DNA of 64,000 bases from Octopus sinensis (taxonomy: Eukaryota): NCBI RefSeq assembly GCF_006345805.1, contig NC_043001.1, forward strand, positions 55,304,001-55,368,000. Direction: 5' to 3'. Shown one piece after another: positions 1-13,037 of the stretch. Numbering within the stretch: position 1 is the stretch's first letter; each line of letters begins with the position of its first letter. The translations under genes were made by a program, and so were the position numbers. The notes below the pieces were generated by a model. It worked only from the letters and a program-made list of their open reading frames with translations. It searched no databases and had not been told where the DNA came from.

Positions 1-1686
1 AAGTTGCAATGTTAAAATTGTATCCCAGGAAGTTGGCTATTACATAGTGTGATTTTAATAGTTTAGAACTACTTTTCATATATGAGACCATTCTGACAGT
101 GACTCAGCTGAAATTACAGATCTCATTTGGTTTTACTTAATAATTAAAAGAAAAAAAGAAAATTTTCTTATGATTCAGAGAGTGGCTATATCAGAATGAT
201 GGATCACTAACACAAAGCATTTACTATATATATAAACTACAGATAAAGTCAGAAAGGACTTTCACCCTTTCTTCAAAAGCCTAGGCTTAACTATTATTGT
301 TGAAGTTGATGTATAATAGAGAAGTTCCTTGAAATAATTCAAATAATAATCTCTATTGCCTCTGTCTTAACCCTTACAAATCATTAAACTGCAATAACAA
401 ATTGCCAGCTAACACAAAACTGTTGCTGAAAACTTAGTTAAGAAAATATCTTTTAGAATCCATAACATTTCTGCAAATGAGAATTAACATTCTTTGTATT
501 ATAATGAAGGTTTATATGGTTTAAGGATAATCTATCTTGTATTCCACCTTAGAATAATAGAAACACATTCAGAAATTGTTTGTATAATTCTTCTAATTCA
601 GAAACAGCTACCCCAATAGCCAAGAAATTTTTCTTTACTTAATAAGCCTTTTCCCTCTCAGCATCAATGCTATAAAACTACCCTGCTCTACTATACTGAA
701 TGTAACACAAAACATAACTTCTTCTGATGTAGCTAAATTCATCAGAGTAATAGTTAATGTAAATGTGTACTTTTATGAATGTGTATGATGTATTTATCTG
801 TACAACTGACTAAATTTAATCTGTTTTGGTTAAACATTGAATTGACAATCAAGAACCATTTTTGAACTACTAAACTTTTTATAAAGCATCATCTAACAGT
901 CAACTTCTTGAGATATATTTTTAACATTGCAATTTGTCCAAGGAAAATATAATTTGCTTTTCTTTTTTGGTTAAAAAAATATCTATTTGCACTGCAAAAA
1001 TGTCCTTAACATTTCCTTGTTAATATGTATTTGCTAGATATAAATAAGTATTAAATAACACTACTTATGCTCTGAATAACAGATCAATAACTGATAGTCA
1101 TTTTTAGCTATATTATTACTCCCTGCTTCAGTCAATTTTGCTAGTACTAGATCTAGTAAAAATAGTGCAGTACTTACTATGATACTAGAATTAAATCTTT
1201 ATCTAGGTACTTTTAATTAATACAGATCTTGACTATTATTAATTCATGGACAGGTAATAAATATATACAACTTTCTAACATATTTCTAATTATATCTTAT
1301 TTGTAATGAAAATCAATATCATAGATATACTGACGGTAAATGATTGAATATTGAAACTTATTTAAATCTTTAACTACACCTTTATGGTTTAGATCTTTAC
1401 ATCTTCAACCATTGCTTAAGTCACAACAGAGGCTAAGTTATCTTTCTTCACCCATTCCCTCTTCTCTATATTTTATCTATTGTTTCTATCATCCTTTCAA
1501 AATACTCACATAAAAATAATATTTCCTTTCCTTTTTATGGTAACAAAAGGTAACATATTATACATATAAGTTACTTTTGTAGGTAATGTTTGCATTTTTA
1601 TTTTTGCTTGAATTCTTTAATTGTTGTCTCTTAAAATACTGATTGATGTAAAAATTGTTTACGATGGGTAATATTTTTATAACATT

Positions 1687-2945
1687 AACAGAGAGGGCTG
1701 AAAAGTTCATAAACTGACTATGAAGGAGTGATGCTAGAGCTGTGAAATATTGCATGTATTAATTTCATATTTTCTTATTCATAACTGCATTGTTTCTTTC
1801 TAAGTACACTGACATCTCACTGTTCAAAGAACACTTCAAATGTAACTAGAAGTGACTTCTCTTCAAAAAGGGCAAAATATGGCATCATGGTGTTGTTAAG
1901 TACCTGTAGAAAATGGGTTATCCCCAAGGACATTTGTGCTGACATGGTTGATACATAAGGGGATGATGCTCCATCTTTGTCAGCAGTGTAAAAGTGGGCA
2001 GCTGAATTTAGGAGGGGAAGGGAGACCCAAGATCTGGAAGTCCTGCAATTGTCACCACCAAGGAAAACATTGTGTCCACCACATGGTGATGGATGACAGG
2101 TGATTGACAATGAATCAAACAGCCAAAGCTGTTACATATCCTGTGAAGGAGTTAAAAGAATATTCTGCACAATGAACTTGGCACGACAAACGTTTCTGCT
2201 GGGTGGGTGCCATATCTGATTCTGATTAAAAGCATATCAGACTGATCGCATCACAGGGAAAATCTGATATGGTTTGAGGCAGATCTAGCAGGTTTCCTTG
2301 AATGTTTCCTAACTCAGCTTGAGTGTTGAGCCAGACACAAAGAGATGATCCATGCAGTGGAAACACCTCTTCCCACCAGCTCCAAAGAAGGCCAAGGTTG
2401 GTTCATCAGCAGGGAAGGTGATGACCTCAGTTTTTTGGGATGCAATAGGCATTGTGCGTATTGCATACCTTCAAAAAAGCCACTCCAGCAATGGAGAGTA
2501 CTCTGCTAACTTGCTGAGGCAGTTAGAAAAGGCTGTCAAGACCAAACAACCAGAAAAACTGATGAAAGGGGTCTTGTTTCATCAGAACAATGCTCTAGCA
2601 CACAAGACCTAGGGTTCAATGGCTGATGTACATGACTGTGGCTTTGAACTGGTTGATCACCCTTCTGATTTGGCCCTATCTGATTATTATCTGTTCCCCA
2701 ACTTGAAAAAAACCCACTTAGTTTGGAATCAGTATCGCAGTACTGATGGTATCATATATGCTGTTGGTGATATTTTTGAACAAAAAAGATGAAGGCTTTA
2801 TCAGCAATGGAATGCAAGCACTGCAACACCAGTGGAAGAAGTGTGTAGACTGCAAGGGGGAACTACATTGAAACATAAACCTCATTTGGACACATTCCAT
2901 GGGAGTATCTTGCTAAGCCTATAAACTTTTCAGCTGACCCTCATA
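1687..2945 (+). mobile_element. Decayed full-length mariner (Tc1/mariner) DNA transposon with transposase pseudogene
   Basis: Degenerate TIRs (gagagggctgaaaagttcata at ~1691; tataaacttttcagctgaccctca at ~2920), ~1.26 kb. ORF 2352..2612 MQWKH..P.PKKAK...SAGKVM.SVFWD..G...YLQK...NGEY.ANLL.QL...VLFHQNNA. Remnants of the WVP and YSPDLAPSD motifs, broken by stops and frameshifts. Confidence 0.92.
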
Positions 2946-3328
2946 ATATCACTTGTGAAGAGGGTTTAAGTAAACTCAAAGCATTTTTACCAGTATAAGG
3001 TGAAGATTCTGATTGATAAATACATACATACTCAACATCTCAGAAATGTGAAGAACTGATAAAGTTGGTCCTTGAGGTATTTGGCCTCATGGATGAGATA
3101 GTACATTCTTTACCAATATTGCCATTTGATAGCACACCTAGCCAACCCTGTACCAGCAATAGACAATGACAGTTAAATGAATATCATAATGATGATGATG
3201 ATTTTGACAATGATGTGGATAATGATAATGGGGATGTTTTTCGCACAAGTAACATTAAGTTTCAAATGACAAAAAAAAAGTTTGAAAGAAAGAATAGGAA
3301 GAAAAAAATGATTCTTTGATCTTTAAAT

Positions 3329-3345
3329 ATATATGTATATATATG

Positions 3346-3430
<85 letters not shown>

Positions 3431-3548
3431 GCCTGCTTACTCATGTTTTTCTTTTTTCAAAATCATTATTTTAGTTGTTGCTGTTGTTATAATCATCATC
3501 ATCACCACCACCACTATTACCATTATTATTATTATTATAATTATTATT
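3329..3548. repeat. Compound microsatellite (TA)n(CA)n, then (CAT/CAC/TAT)n
   Basis: Directly visible. Similar simple repeats at ~10671-10790 (TCTA)n, 11630-11700 (TA)n(GA)n, 27170-27232 (GA)n, 30125-30228 (AAT)n, 31847-31920 (AAT)n, 37855-37922. Confidence 0.95.
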
Positions 3549-4850
3549 ATTATTAGCATTGTTGTTGTTGTTGATATTATTTTAATTCAACTTTTTAGTC
3601 CAAGAAAACATCTGCTTTGAATTTCTTTTGGAGCCGAACAAAGGATTTCCTCGTGTTTTTCCTCCAGTGGTGCTGCTTTCTTCGTAAACTTCTTTCATTT
3701 CATTGAAAACATATGGATCGTTTGATTTTTTTTTTTCCTCATTCATTATTTTATTTCATTTCATAGTTGAAGTTCCCTATTGTTGTTATTGATGTTGCGG
3801 TTGTTATTGCTGTCTTTTATGGTTATTGTTGCTATAATCATTAGTATAGTAGTTGTTGTTATTGATGTTGCTACAGTTAATGGCATTGTTGTTGCTGATG
3901 TATTGATACAGCTATTGTTATTAATATTGTTATCAATATTGTTATTAATATTGCTGTTGTTATTGATGTTGCTCTTGTCACTGTTGTGGTGTTATTGCCA
4001 TCACTGACGTTATTGCTATTAATTGTTGTAAAGGGTGTGGTTATTATTGTCATTAACATTGTTGCTATTGCTGCTAATTCTTGATGTTGTTTAACCCCAG
4101 GTCAGTTCTGATCAAAAAAAAAAATCTATAATCAAAGGTGTTCCGGTGTTGACCAGTTTCTCTTTTATTCAGGCATAGTGTATCTTGGGCTACATCACTG
4201 AATGAGTTCTTTAACAGAGATAGAGTTAAAATTTGAAGAAATTCTGTTTGAAGGGACAAGCACTTTCACACACATGTATACACTTATGATGAGAAATTCC
4301 ATCCACCAGATCACAAGGCTTCAGTCAACCCACAGCTATTTCAGAAGACACTTGCCCAAAGTGCCACATAGTGAGACTAAACCCAAAAGTACGCAGCTTT
4401 CTAACCACACAGCTATGCTTGCACCTATGGGTGCTATTTCAGCAAGCAGTGGGATTATGTGGAAGGAGCACCTTAACTCAAGTTGTTGATATTGATGCTG
4501 TTTAACTGTTGATCATTAATCAGATCTATGATGAAAGACTTTCCAGTTATGACTATCTCCTCTTTTATTCAGACTTAACATCTCAAAGTCTACAAGGTCT
4601 TACCTATTTCTTTTCTAAAATATTTAATGTTATGGCCTTGTTTTCTGTCTCTTCCCCTGTTTATTTTCTTCACTTTCAGAACAAAGTCACAAAAACATAA
4701 AAAAAAGGGAGAGCTTTCACACAACACATTTTATAAAGCGTGTATGTGAGAAGACATAACAAAAGCCATGTGTGGGTTTGTGTGTATGTGAGTTTTCTTC
4801 TATGTTTTAGTATCAATGTGTGTATATGTGTATGTGAGAGAAGTAGAATT

Positions 4851-4889
<39 letters not shown>

Positions 4890-5112
4890 AAAGATAGAAA
4901 GACAGGTAGACAGAGAAAATGAGGAAGTGTGTATTTATGAGTAGAAAAATCAGATAAAGAAAGAGATAAAAGGTGGTGATGTATGAGCAAGTTAGAGATC
5001 AAGAATAGATATAAATAAACAGAAAGTGTGTGTGTATGTGTGTGTGTGTGTGAGAGAGAGTGGGGGGGGAGATGGTTTGAGCATGTAGTGCATATCTCAC
5101 TTTTCCTCTGTA

Positions 5113-5470
5113 GGATCCTACATGGTCAGCTACACCATGGTCATTGCTTGACTAGAGGACCAAAGAAGTGGTTCAATAACTAGCAGATGACTTTGAAGAG
5201 GAGTAACATCAACTGCTTAAAAGCAGAGGCTATGGCTATCAACCATTCACTTTGGTGTTCTCACTGCTGGAAGAGAATTGAAGATATAGGAGGAGGAGGA
5301 GAAATACACTCAGTACTACCAAAAGAGATGAGACTAGAGGCATGCACATAAGATTAATAGCTAATCTCCCCAGTCAAATATTCACATGTCCAGTGGCAAC
5401 TAAAGGTGCACATCAATAAATTGCAACTGGGATGTACAGTCATCAAAGAATCCTGAATTGAAGAAGACAG
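5113..5470 (+). mobile_element. Highly degenerate 3' end of an RTE-type LINE
   Basis: Frameshifted remnants resembling GPKK.F..L..TLKRSNIN....E.LA.N..LW...C...IE, followed by a C-terminal CCHH-like segment (F.CP...GMYSHQR). Confidence 0.5.
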
Positions 5471-5801
5471 TCACCAACGAATTTAATGGACAATCACATG
5501 CATGCATGTGTGTGTGTGGTGATGGGGTGGGTGAGAAAACAGAAGAATTAAACAGATAGATAGGAATACAAGACAATCTATGTGTGTGAAAGAGTGAAGG
5601 CTGGAAAAATACAGTGATGAATAGAAGCTTATGTGTGTGTTTGACTCAATGCAAAGACAGAGGATGATGTTCAGAAAACAAGACAACTGGAAATATTTTA
5701 GTAGTTTATATACACACACAAGTCCAACCCTAGTCAGCATGGAACATGGACATTAAATAATTATGAGGAATATATATATATATTTATTTATTTATATATG
5801 T

Positions 5802-5913
5802 ATAAATATAAGAGGGAACCACTATGTGGAAACCCTTACGCTAGAAAAAAGATCCGCTACAGTCTCAACCATAGCGTAAGGGTTTCCACATAGTGGTTCC
5901 CTCTTATATTTAT
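5802..5913. repeat. Perfect 42-bp inverted repeat with 28-nt spacer (collapsed TIR element or MITE-like hairpin)
   Basis: 5802-5843 ATAAATATAAGAGGGAACCACTATGTGGAAACCCTTACGCTA is the exact reverse complement of 5872-5913. Confidence 0.95.
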
Positions 5914-6242
5914 GTATAAAATACTATTTACTGTATCTCAGATTTTTTATATGCTAGACCACTGGTGTTAAATTGATGTTGTAAAATTAATATCCAATTT
6001 TGATATATATATATATATATTATATATATATGAGTTTATATAAATTAATATAAACAGCCAGGTGCAGTGTAATACCATAAAGGAAAAATTCAATCATCCC
6101 TAAGTGTGACTTAGGATGGTGGAGTATCTACATTGCTAGAAATAAGATTTAATATACCCTTAATGCTGTAGGAAGCATGCATACAGTATATGAGATGTTG
6201 ACAGGGGAAACAACCACGCCATTGCCACTTCGAGGATCACTC

Positions 6243-6282
<40 letters not shown>

Positions 6283-6627
6283 AGACAATTATGATGATGC
6301 ATATTTTTTCTATTTCTACAGTCAATTATACAGCATATTTGGTTTAAATATGACTGACATATGTTTCTGTTGCATGGAGAATTAGCAATTGTAATCCTAG
6401 GTGCTCCTTACAACTTGGAAGTGGTTAGCCTGAACCGAGGTTATAACTGAGTGCTCATTCTGTACTGCCTGAATAATTAATTCTATACACACATCTCATA
6501 GATAAAGATATATCCCACTGGACAGAGTATTTTTTTTTTTGTTGATTCCATCTCTATTGGTTCTATAAACTATATTTTTTTACTCTTTCACTTGTTTCAG
6601 TCATATCACTGTGATTATGCTGGAACG

Positions 6628-6936
6628 AAAACAATTGCAGTGTGGAAGGTGTTTATAAGCCATTTAAGAAATACACAAAAATCGTCAGATTCACTTCAAC
6701 ATTTAAATTTAATTTGCCAAAATAGTTTGATCGCTTTGAGACCGCGACCTGTTCACTGACAAAATCCCATGCTGCATCTCATTTAAGCTCAGCACGGAAT
6801 TTTGTCAGTGAACAGGTCGTGGTCTGAAAGCGACAAAAATATTTTGGCAAATTAAATTTAAATGCTGAAGTGAATCTAACGGTTTATGTGTGTTTCTTAA
6901 ATGGCTTATAAACACCTTCCACGCTGCAATTGTTTT
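6628..6936. mobile_element. Foldback/palindromic MITE, ~147-bp arms with ~15-nt loop
   Basis: The arm starting AAAACAATTGCAGTGTGGAAGGTGTTTATAAGCC matches the reverse complement of 6790-6936 with scattered mismatches. It truncates a SINE tail on its left. Confidence 0.85.
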
Positions 6937-7990
6937 ATATATATATATATGCAGCATACTGTGCCATTGTCAGTGGGATCATCTAAAGCATGCTCCATCT
7001 AGTGAGAGATAAGTATTTTATATACACAATGTCTAAATACAGCCTACTATAAGTTTTGTACAATGGTCAGACCAGCTTTTATCGCATGTCAAGTGGTATC
7101 AGGTAATCATTCAGGCTGTTGTATTTTGAGCCTGAATGCTTACCAGTAGTATGCAGTATGTTATACAAGCTGATTCGACTATTCTACAATCCGAAGCATG
7201 AAACTTTTAGTAGCTCGCAATTAAATCCTGTGTGTAGTTGTTCCGTTATGCAAGTTTTTTTTTTTATTTTGTTCTCTATTTAACACATCACACATTCCTA
7301 TCAAAATTATTTTTCAGTTGACATTTCCAGTGTAAGACTACTGATCCCCAAAACATATAAACGTTCTTACAAATAATCTAGGACATTCTGAAGTCTGTAG
7401 GCTTGCTTAGCATTTGAAGCAAGCAACACACACACACACACACAAAAACAATGACTGGGATTAAGTTAATAGAGGATTACTCACAAAATTTCATACATCA
7501 GTTGTACTCAACCGGAGTCTATATGGCACTTAGGGATCCATGTAAGATTTTGCTGTTAAAATTTATCTGCAGACTTCAACAATGCACAAGATATTTTAAC
7601 AATGTTTTTTTTTAGACAGTTCTAAATATTTAATTATAAAAATATAATAGGATTTTTTAAACATTAAATGGCTAGAAGGGTCCATCCAAGTGAAATAGGA
7701 ATCAAAAGAGTCCATAAGTAAAAAATGGTTGAGAAGCACTGTTATAAATCTGGGGATCTCAAAATAGCAGAATGGAACCCTTTGAAAGTGTAGTTGCGGA
7801 GAACATGTTTTAATGTTGCCTTCTCAAAATGCTAGTAAATACTTTTTCCCATTAAAAAGATGCATGAAATAAAAATAAGACATGATATACTCTAGTCTGA
7901 GTTTTACCCTTTGACTGATCACTACACTTATGATAAGCTAAGGGTGAAGCTCAGAGTATTCTATTATTTGATATAATAAAGATATATATA

Positions 7991-8471
<481 letters not shown>

Positions 8472-9867
8472 CTATCCTTTCTTCTCTATATTAAATCAAT
8501 GTTTTCTGAATGTAAAAAATATATTTGTATAAAATACACAATGGTTTTAAATTTTAGCACCTGGCCAGATTATATTGACCCCAGTGTTCAACTGGTAATT
8601 ATTTTATAGGCTCCGAAAGGATGAAAGGCAAAGCTGCCCTTAGTAAAATTTGAACTCAGAACATAAACACAGACAAAATGCCACAAAAATTTTGCCTGGC
8701 ATGCTTATAATTCTGCCAGATCACTGCCTTTCTATGAAATAAAAGAACGTGTATAAAAAAATATATATTAAAAGATAATAATAAATATTCATTTCAAAAG
8801 TTTTATATACATGTATATGTGTATGCTTTTACACACACACAATATCTAATTTATACCCAACCAACTGTAACCAGAAGTACTGAATTTAAGTTAAATATTA
8901 GAAAGTCTCACTGTTGGGGTAATATAAATACAAGTACATTCTTTCTATGTTAATGATGTGTGGAAAAACTAGGGAAGGAGGCTTTTGATGAACCAGTCCA
9001 TGACTTACTGATTGTTCCTCATAGAAAGTGTATCAGTATCTTTCTTCATTGGACAGCCACTATTAAGTATTGAATTCTGATTTTGCAATATCCTCATACA
9101 AACATGTGTGCACATGTAGCACAATAATTTTTGTGCTACCAACATGGACTAAATACCACGAAATTGTAATATTTTCACTAATTTCTGAGTCATGATTACC
9201 AAAAGTGAAACCAGTTGACCAAGTAAATATTTTATCTCATAAAAAATATATATACTCTGAGCATTTTTCTTATATTTTTCACTACATCTCACCATGTAGG
9301 GCAAAAAATTTTTCCAACAAAACTTTCGCTACACATACAGAATAACTGAAGAGCAGAAGGAGGATTTTCCACAGCTCTTATTCTCCTCTCTTTAACATCT
9401 CCATTGTTATAACATCTTTTCTTGGAGCTTCACTTGCCTTCATTAATAGGTGTTTTAGGTTATACAACACATTCTCACTCAGGCCACCCACCTAGGGTGA
9501 TCAAGTCTATGCCTGAGTCCAAATGGCATTTTATTGAGCCCACTGACCACCTCTTTTCAGTCAGATCCATCAAGACACTATATAGAAGTTCACATATCAA
9601 TAGACATGCATATATACACACATGTACAAATGCAAATACAAAAGTATATAGACAGAGTGGTTAAGAATTTCACTTCTCAAACACAAGCTTTTAGGTTCAG
9701 CACCACTCCATGGTCCTTTGGGGAAGTGTCTACTATAGCTTCAGGCTGACCAATGCCCTGTAAGTGAACCACTGGAACTCATGATAACATGGGTAAAATA
9801 AATGTAATGCAAACACACACACATGCACACATCTGTTATACATATATGCATTCACACACATATCCCT

Positions 9868-9903
<36 letters not shown>

Positions 9904-9987
9904 GTACACACATATACCTCAGCACAAGTGTACATATTCAAAATAAGCAATTAGGTATACATAACATATAGATATGTGAAGTCTTAC

Positions 9988-10002
9988 CTGTATTGATAAG
10001 TC
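9988..10002 (-). CDS. robo: Candidate 15-nt symmetric microexon (TYQY if phase 2)
   Basis: ttctgttttccctttcactgcttaccag|GACTTATCAATACAG|gtaaga. Strong acceptor and donor; UGC about 10 nt upstream of the exon. Open in all three phases. Confidence 0.6.
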
Positions 10003-10669
10003 CTGGTAAGCAGTGAAAGGGAAAACAGAAATTCAAATATAAAAATATTATAGAAAATGTAAAATGATAGCAAATACAACAGAGTGTGTGTGTTGTGTGT
10101 GTGCGTGCATATATGTGTGTGCAGATGTATATAAACTGATTGCAACAAATTTTATGTGAAAGTGTTTGCAAAATCAATGTGAATTGGTCCATAAAACCTT
10201 TAATTGATACCTTTATGTGTGAATCATAAGCAACATTACACAACTTGACCTTAAAAAACCTGTCAAATACACACACACATAGCTGAACAATGCAGAAAGT
10301 ATACTTGGTACATGGAAACAGAATGAAGTCTATTGTATATGTAGATATGTAACTTTGTATGTATGTATGTATGTGTGTGTGTGTTATGTTCTTGTTTTGA
10401 CATTGTTCATTAGTCTCAAGTGAGTACCAATCTTATACAAAAATTGTACACATTTCAAGCCTTCAATATCTGGCCATGGAAAAATATTACTTTATTTGGA
10501 AATGGCAGGAGAGAAGGGGAAGGAAGTTGAAACAGGAAAGGTATCTGTTTGTGAAAAATTAGCCTCAACAACTTTCATTTGACCCATACAAGTATGGAAA
10601 AATAGATGCTAAATGATAAAACATACATATTAACATATGACTCTGTATGTGAGTGTGTTTGTGTGTGTG

Positions 10670-10740
<71 letters not shown>

Positions 10741-11104
10741 ATCTATCTGTATCTATCTGTATCTATCTATCTATCTATATATATATATATATATGTATGT
10801 ATACCAATTTTGACCCTCCACAAAATCCCAAATTTTATTTAATTTGCTTTGCAGGAGCAACTGTTTTATCAAAAGCATATATTGTTGTTAAATGCTCGAA
10901 ATACGAGACTAGAAAACAGCCAACAACTGATGAAAAGTCATTCTTTATGTTGTTTGTTTTGTTTTCCATTTGTGTCTTTCATTGTTCGAAAGAATAGCTC
11001 ATGTTCCATGTACTCGTGCTTCGTACTTTTTTGTTGTACACGTTTTATGACATCCTGTGCCCACATATGCATATGTATATGTATAGATGTAAGTATGTAC
11101 ATAT

Positions 11105-11340
11105 ATCATCATCATCCTCATCATCATTTAGCGTCCGTTTTCCATGTTAGCATGGGTTGGACGGTTCAACTGGGGTCTGTGAAGCCAGAAGGCTGCATCA
11201 GGCCCAGTCTGATCTGGCAGTGTTTCTACGGCTGGATGCCCTTCCTAACGCCAACCACTGAGTGTAGTGGGTGCTTTTTACGTGCCACCCGCACAGGAGC
11301 CAGACGGAGCTGGCAATCGGCCACGAACGGATGGTGCTTT
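11105..11340 (-). mobile_element. Retroposon 3' end with (GAT)n tail (family C, RTE-like)
   Basis: catcatcatttagcgtccgttttccatgttagcatgggttggacgg...gctggatgcccttcctaacgcc. Related copies at ~24900-25080, 26590-26690, 35490-35740, 43200-43420, 44430-44660, 49260-49400, 57730-57870, 58690-58976, 60400-60520. Confidence 0.7.
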
Positions 11341-11621
11341 TACGTATATATATATATGCATATATATATTATTTATATTATTATATATATATAAAGTTCA
11401 CTGATGTTTTGAGCTTGTGCTCTTCTACAGAAAGGATTGAGAAGAAAAAAATGAAGAGAGAAAAAATGTGTAGAGATTAACAGTTCAATATGATTAAATG
11501 GCAGGAAGAAAGAGCCTGACATACACACACACATAGGTACATTTATACACACACACACACACATGTAAACATATACACACACATACACAGCTCTCTGTGT
11601 CTCAATATATATATGTGTATA

Positions 11622-11702
<81 letters not shown>

Positions 11703-12523
11703 CACACACACAAACATGAATAAACATATGAAGAGAAATAATTTAACAACTAGAGGAGGGAGAAGAGAGAGAGAGATAAAGAGAAGAAAGTGAGTGAAGA
11801 AACTTTGAGAATTAAAATCTAAAAACAAAAACAATACAAAAAATAAAAAAGAGACAAGTTAACAGTTTTTGATCAATAAAAATAAATTTCATTGAAAAAT
11901 TATTGTCAGTTACAGACAGCAATGAAGTGTTGTATCAGCTCACTTGTGAAGTCAAACTCCTCATATTTATTATAAATTCACTATAAATGAACCAATCGGT
12001 AAGGTTTAACGGAATCACTTGACTTGTTAGAAATAGCAGCCACATTTTCTCTCATATAGCATTTAGTATAAAAAGATGGGGTGAGGAAGAATATATTAAA
12101 TGATGTAGTCAAAGATAAGTTGTTGTGCAAAAAAAATAACATCTATATAAATATAAAAAGGCTTGATATGTTCACAGCTGGAATGCCTTTAGTCATAGAC
12201 ATTATTCGTTATTTAAAGCTGATCAAAGGATAGACAACAGCAACAAAATTGTCAACTTTGAGATAATTTATTTTCTAGAATAGACTTGTATCTTTGTCCA
12301 GGAGGGAATGAAAGTCAGAACAAGTGGCATATTCAACACAAAGTTATTCATGTTGTGTTTTGAAATAGTGTGATAAAATCAGTACAACAATTATGATGTT
12401 TTGAACAGACCATAAAGAATAATTCTAAACCATTATTCTTATGCAGAAAATATTTGACACTGACCTCATAGTCATAGTTCCAGTACTTATCCTATTTGCA
12501 TTGCCATCACTGTTCGTCTACCC

Positions 12524-13037
12524 CAGTGGTTCTCAACCAGGGTCTATGAGACCCCAGGTGTTTCATATAAGACTTTTGAAGGTCCATGTGAGCAAAATAG
12601 TAAATTGGGGATCCACAGTAATATTTTAAGGGTTCATGAAAAAATTTTTCTTTGGCCTTTAAAAAGGGCCCGTTGTGACTCCGGTCTTTCATATAAGGTC
12701 TTTGAGGGTCCATGTGAGCAAAATAGTAAATTGGGGATCCACAGTAGTATTTTAAGGGTTCATGAAAAAATTTTGCTTTAGATATATTTATTGCAAGAAA
12801 CAGCTCAGTTTCTTTCTCTAATGTTTTACACAGTTTAACATGTTTCTGGTCAATGAAATATGTTCTCTCAGAGTGCTATTTTCAAACTTACGCAAGTGAA
12901 CATGTGAAAAACAAAATGGAAATTTTGAAAGAAGTGACTATAAAGCTAGTTTTTAAGCATCGAATGGCTATGGGGGTCCACCAGAATAAAACAGTAATCA
13001 AAGGAGGTCTACGGATAAAAATGGTAGAGAACCATTG
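12524..13037. mobile_element. hAT-like MITE with an internal ~137-bp tandem duplication
   Basis: TIRs CAGTGGTTCTCAACC ... GGTAGAGAACCATTG. A duplicated ~85-90 bp block at ~12551-12640 and ~12688-12773. Confidence 0.75.

Noticed and set aside
3600-3730. CpG-containing, coding-looking stretch between trinucleotide tracts
   Set aside because: Short frames without usable splice sites on the gene strand; probably a repeat fragment, which needs a database search.
7144-7183. 40-nt AG...gtaagc unit and adjacent 10-bp hairpin (cattcaggct...agcctgaatg)
   Set aside because: Poor pyrimidine tract, no Robo-like residues; short hairpins of this size are expected by chance.
10849-11394. 181-aa plus-strand ORF with an upstream acceptor-like site
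   Set aside because: It runs through microsatellite and a family C retroposon, has no recognisable domain, and is antisense to Robo.
11402-11424. Strong acceptor with a possible 23-nt exon
   Set aside because: Donor gtgaac is weak and the length breaks frame.
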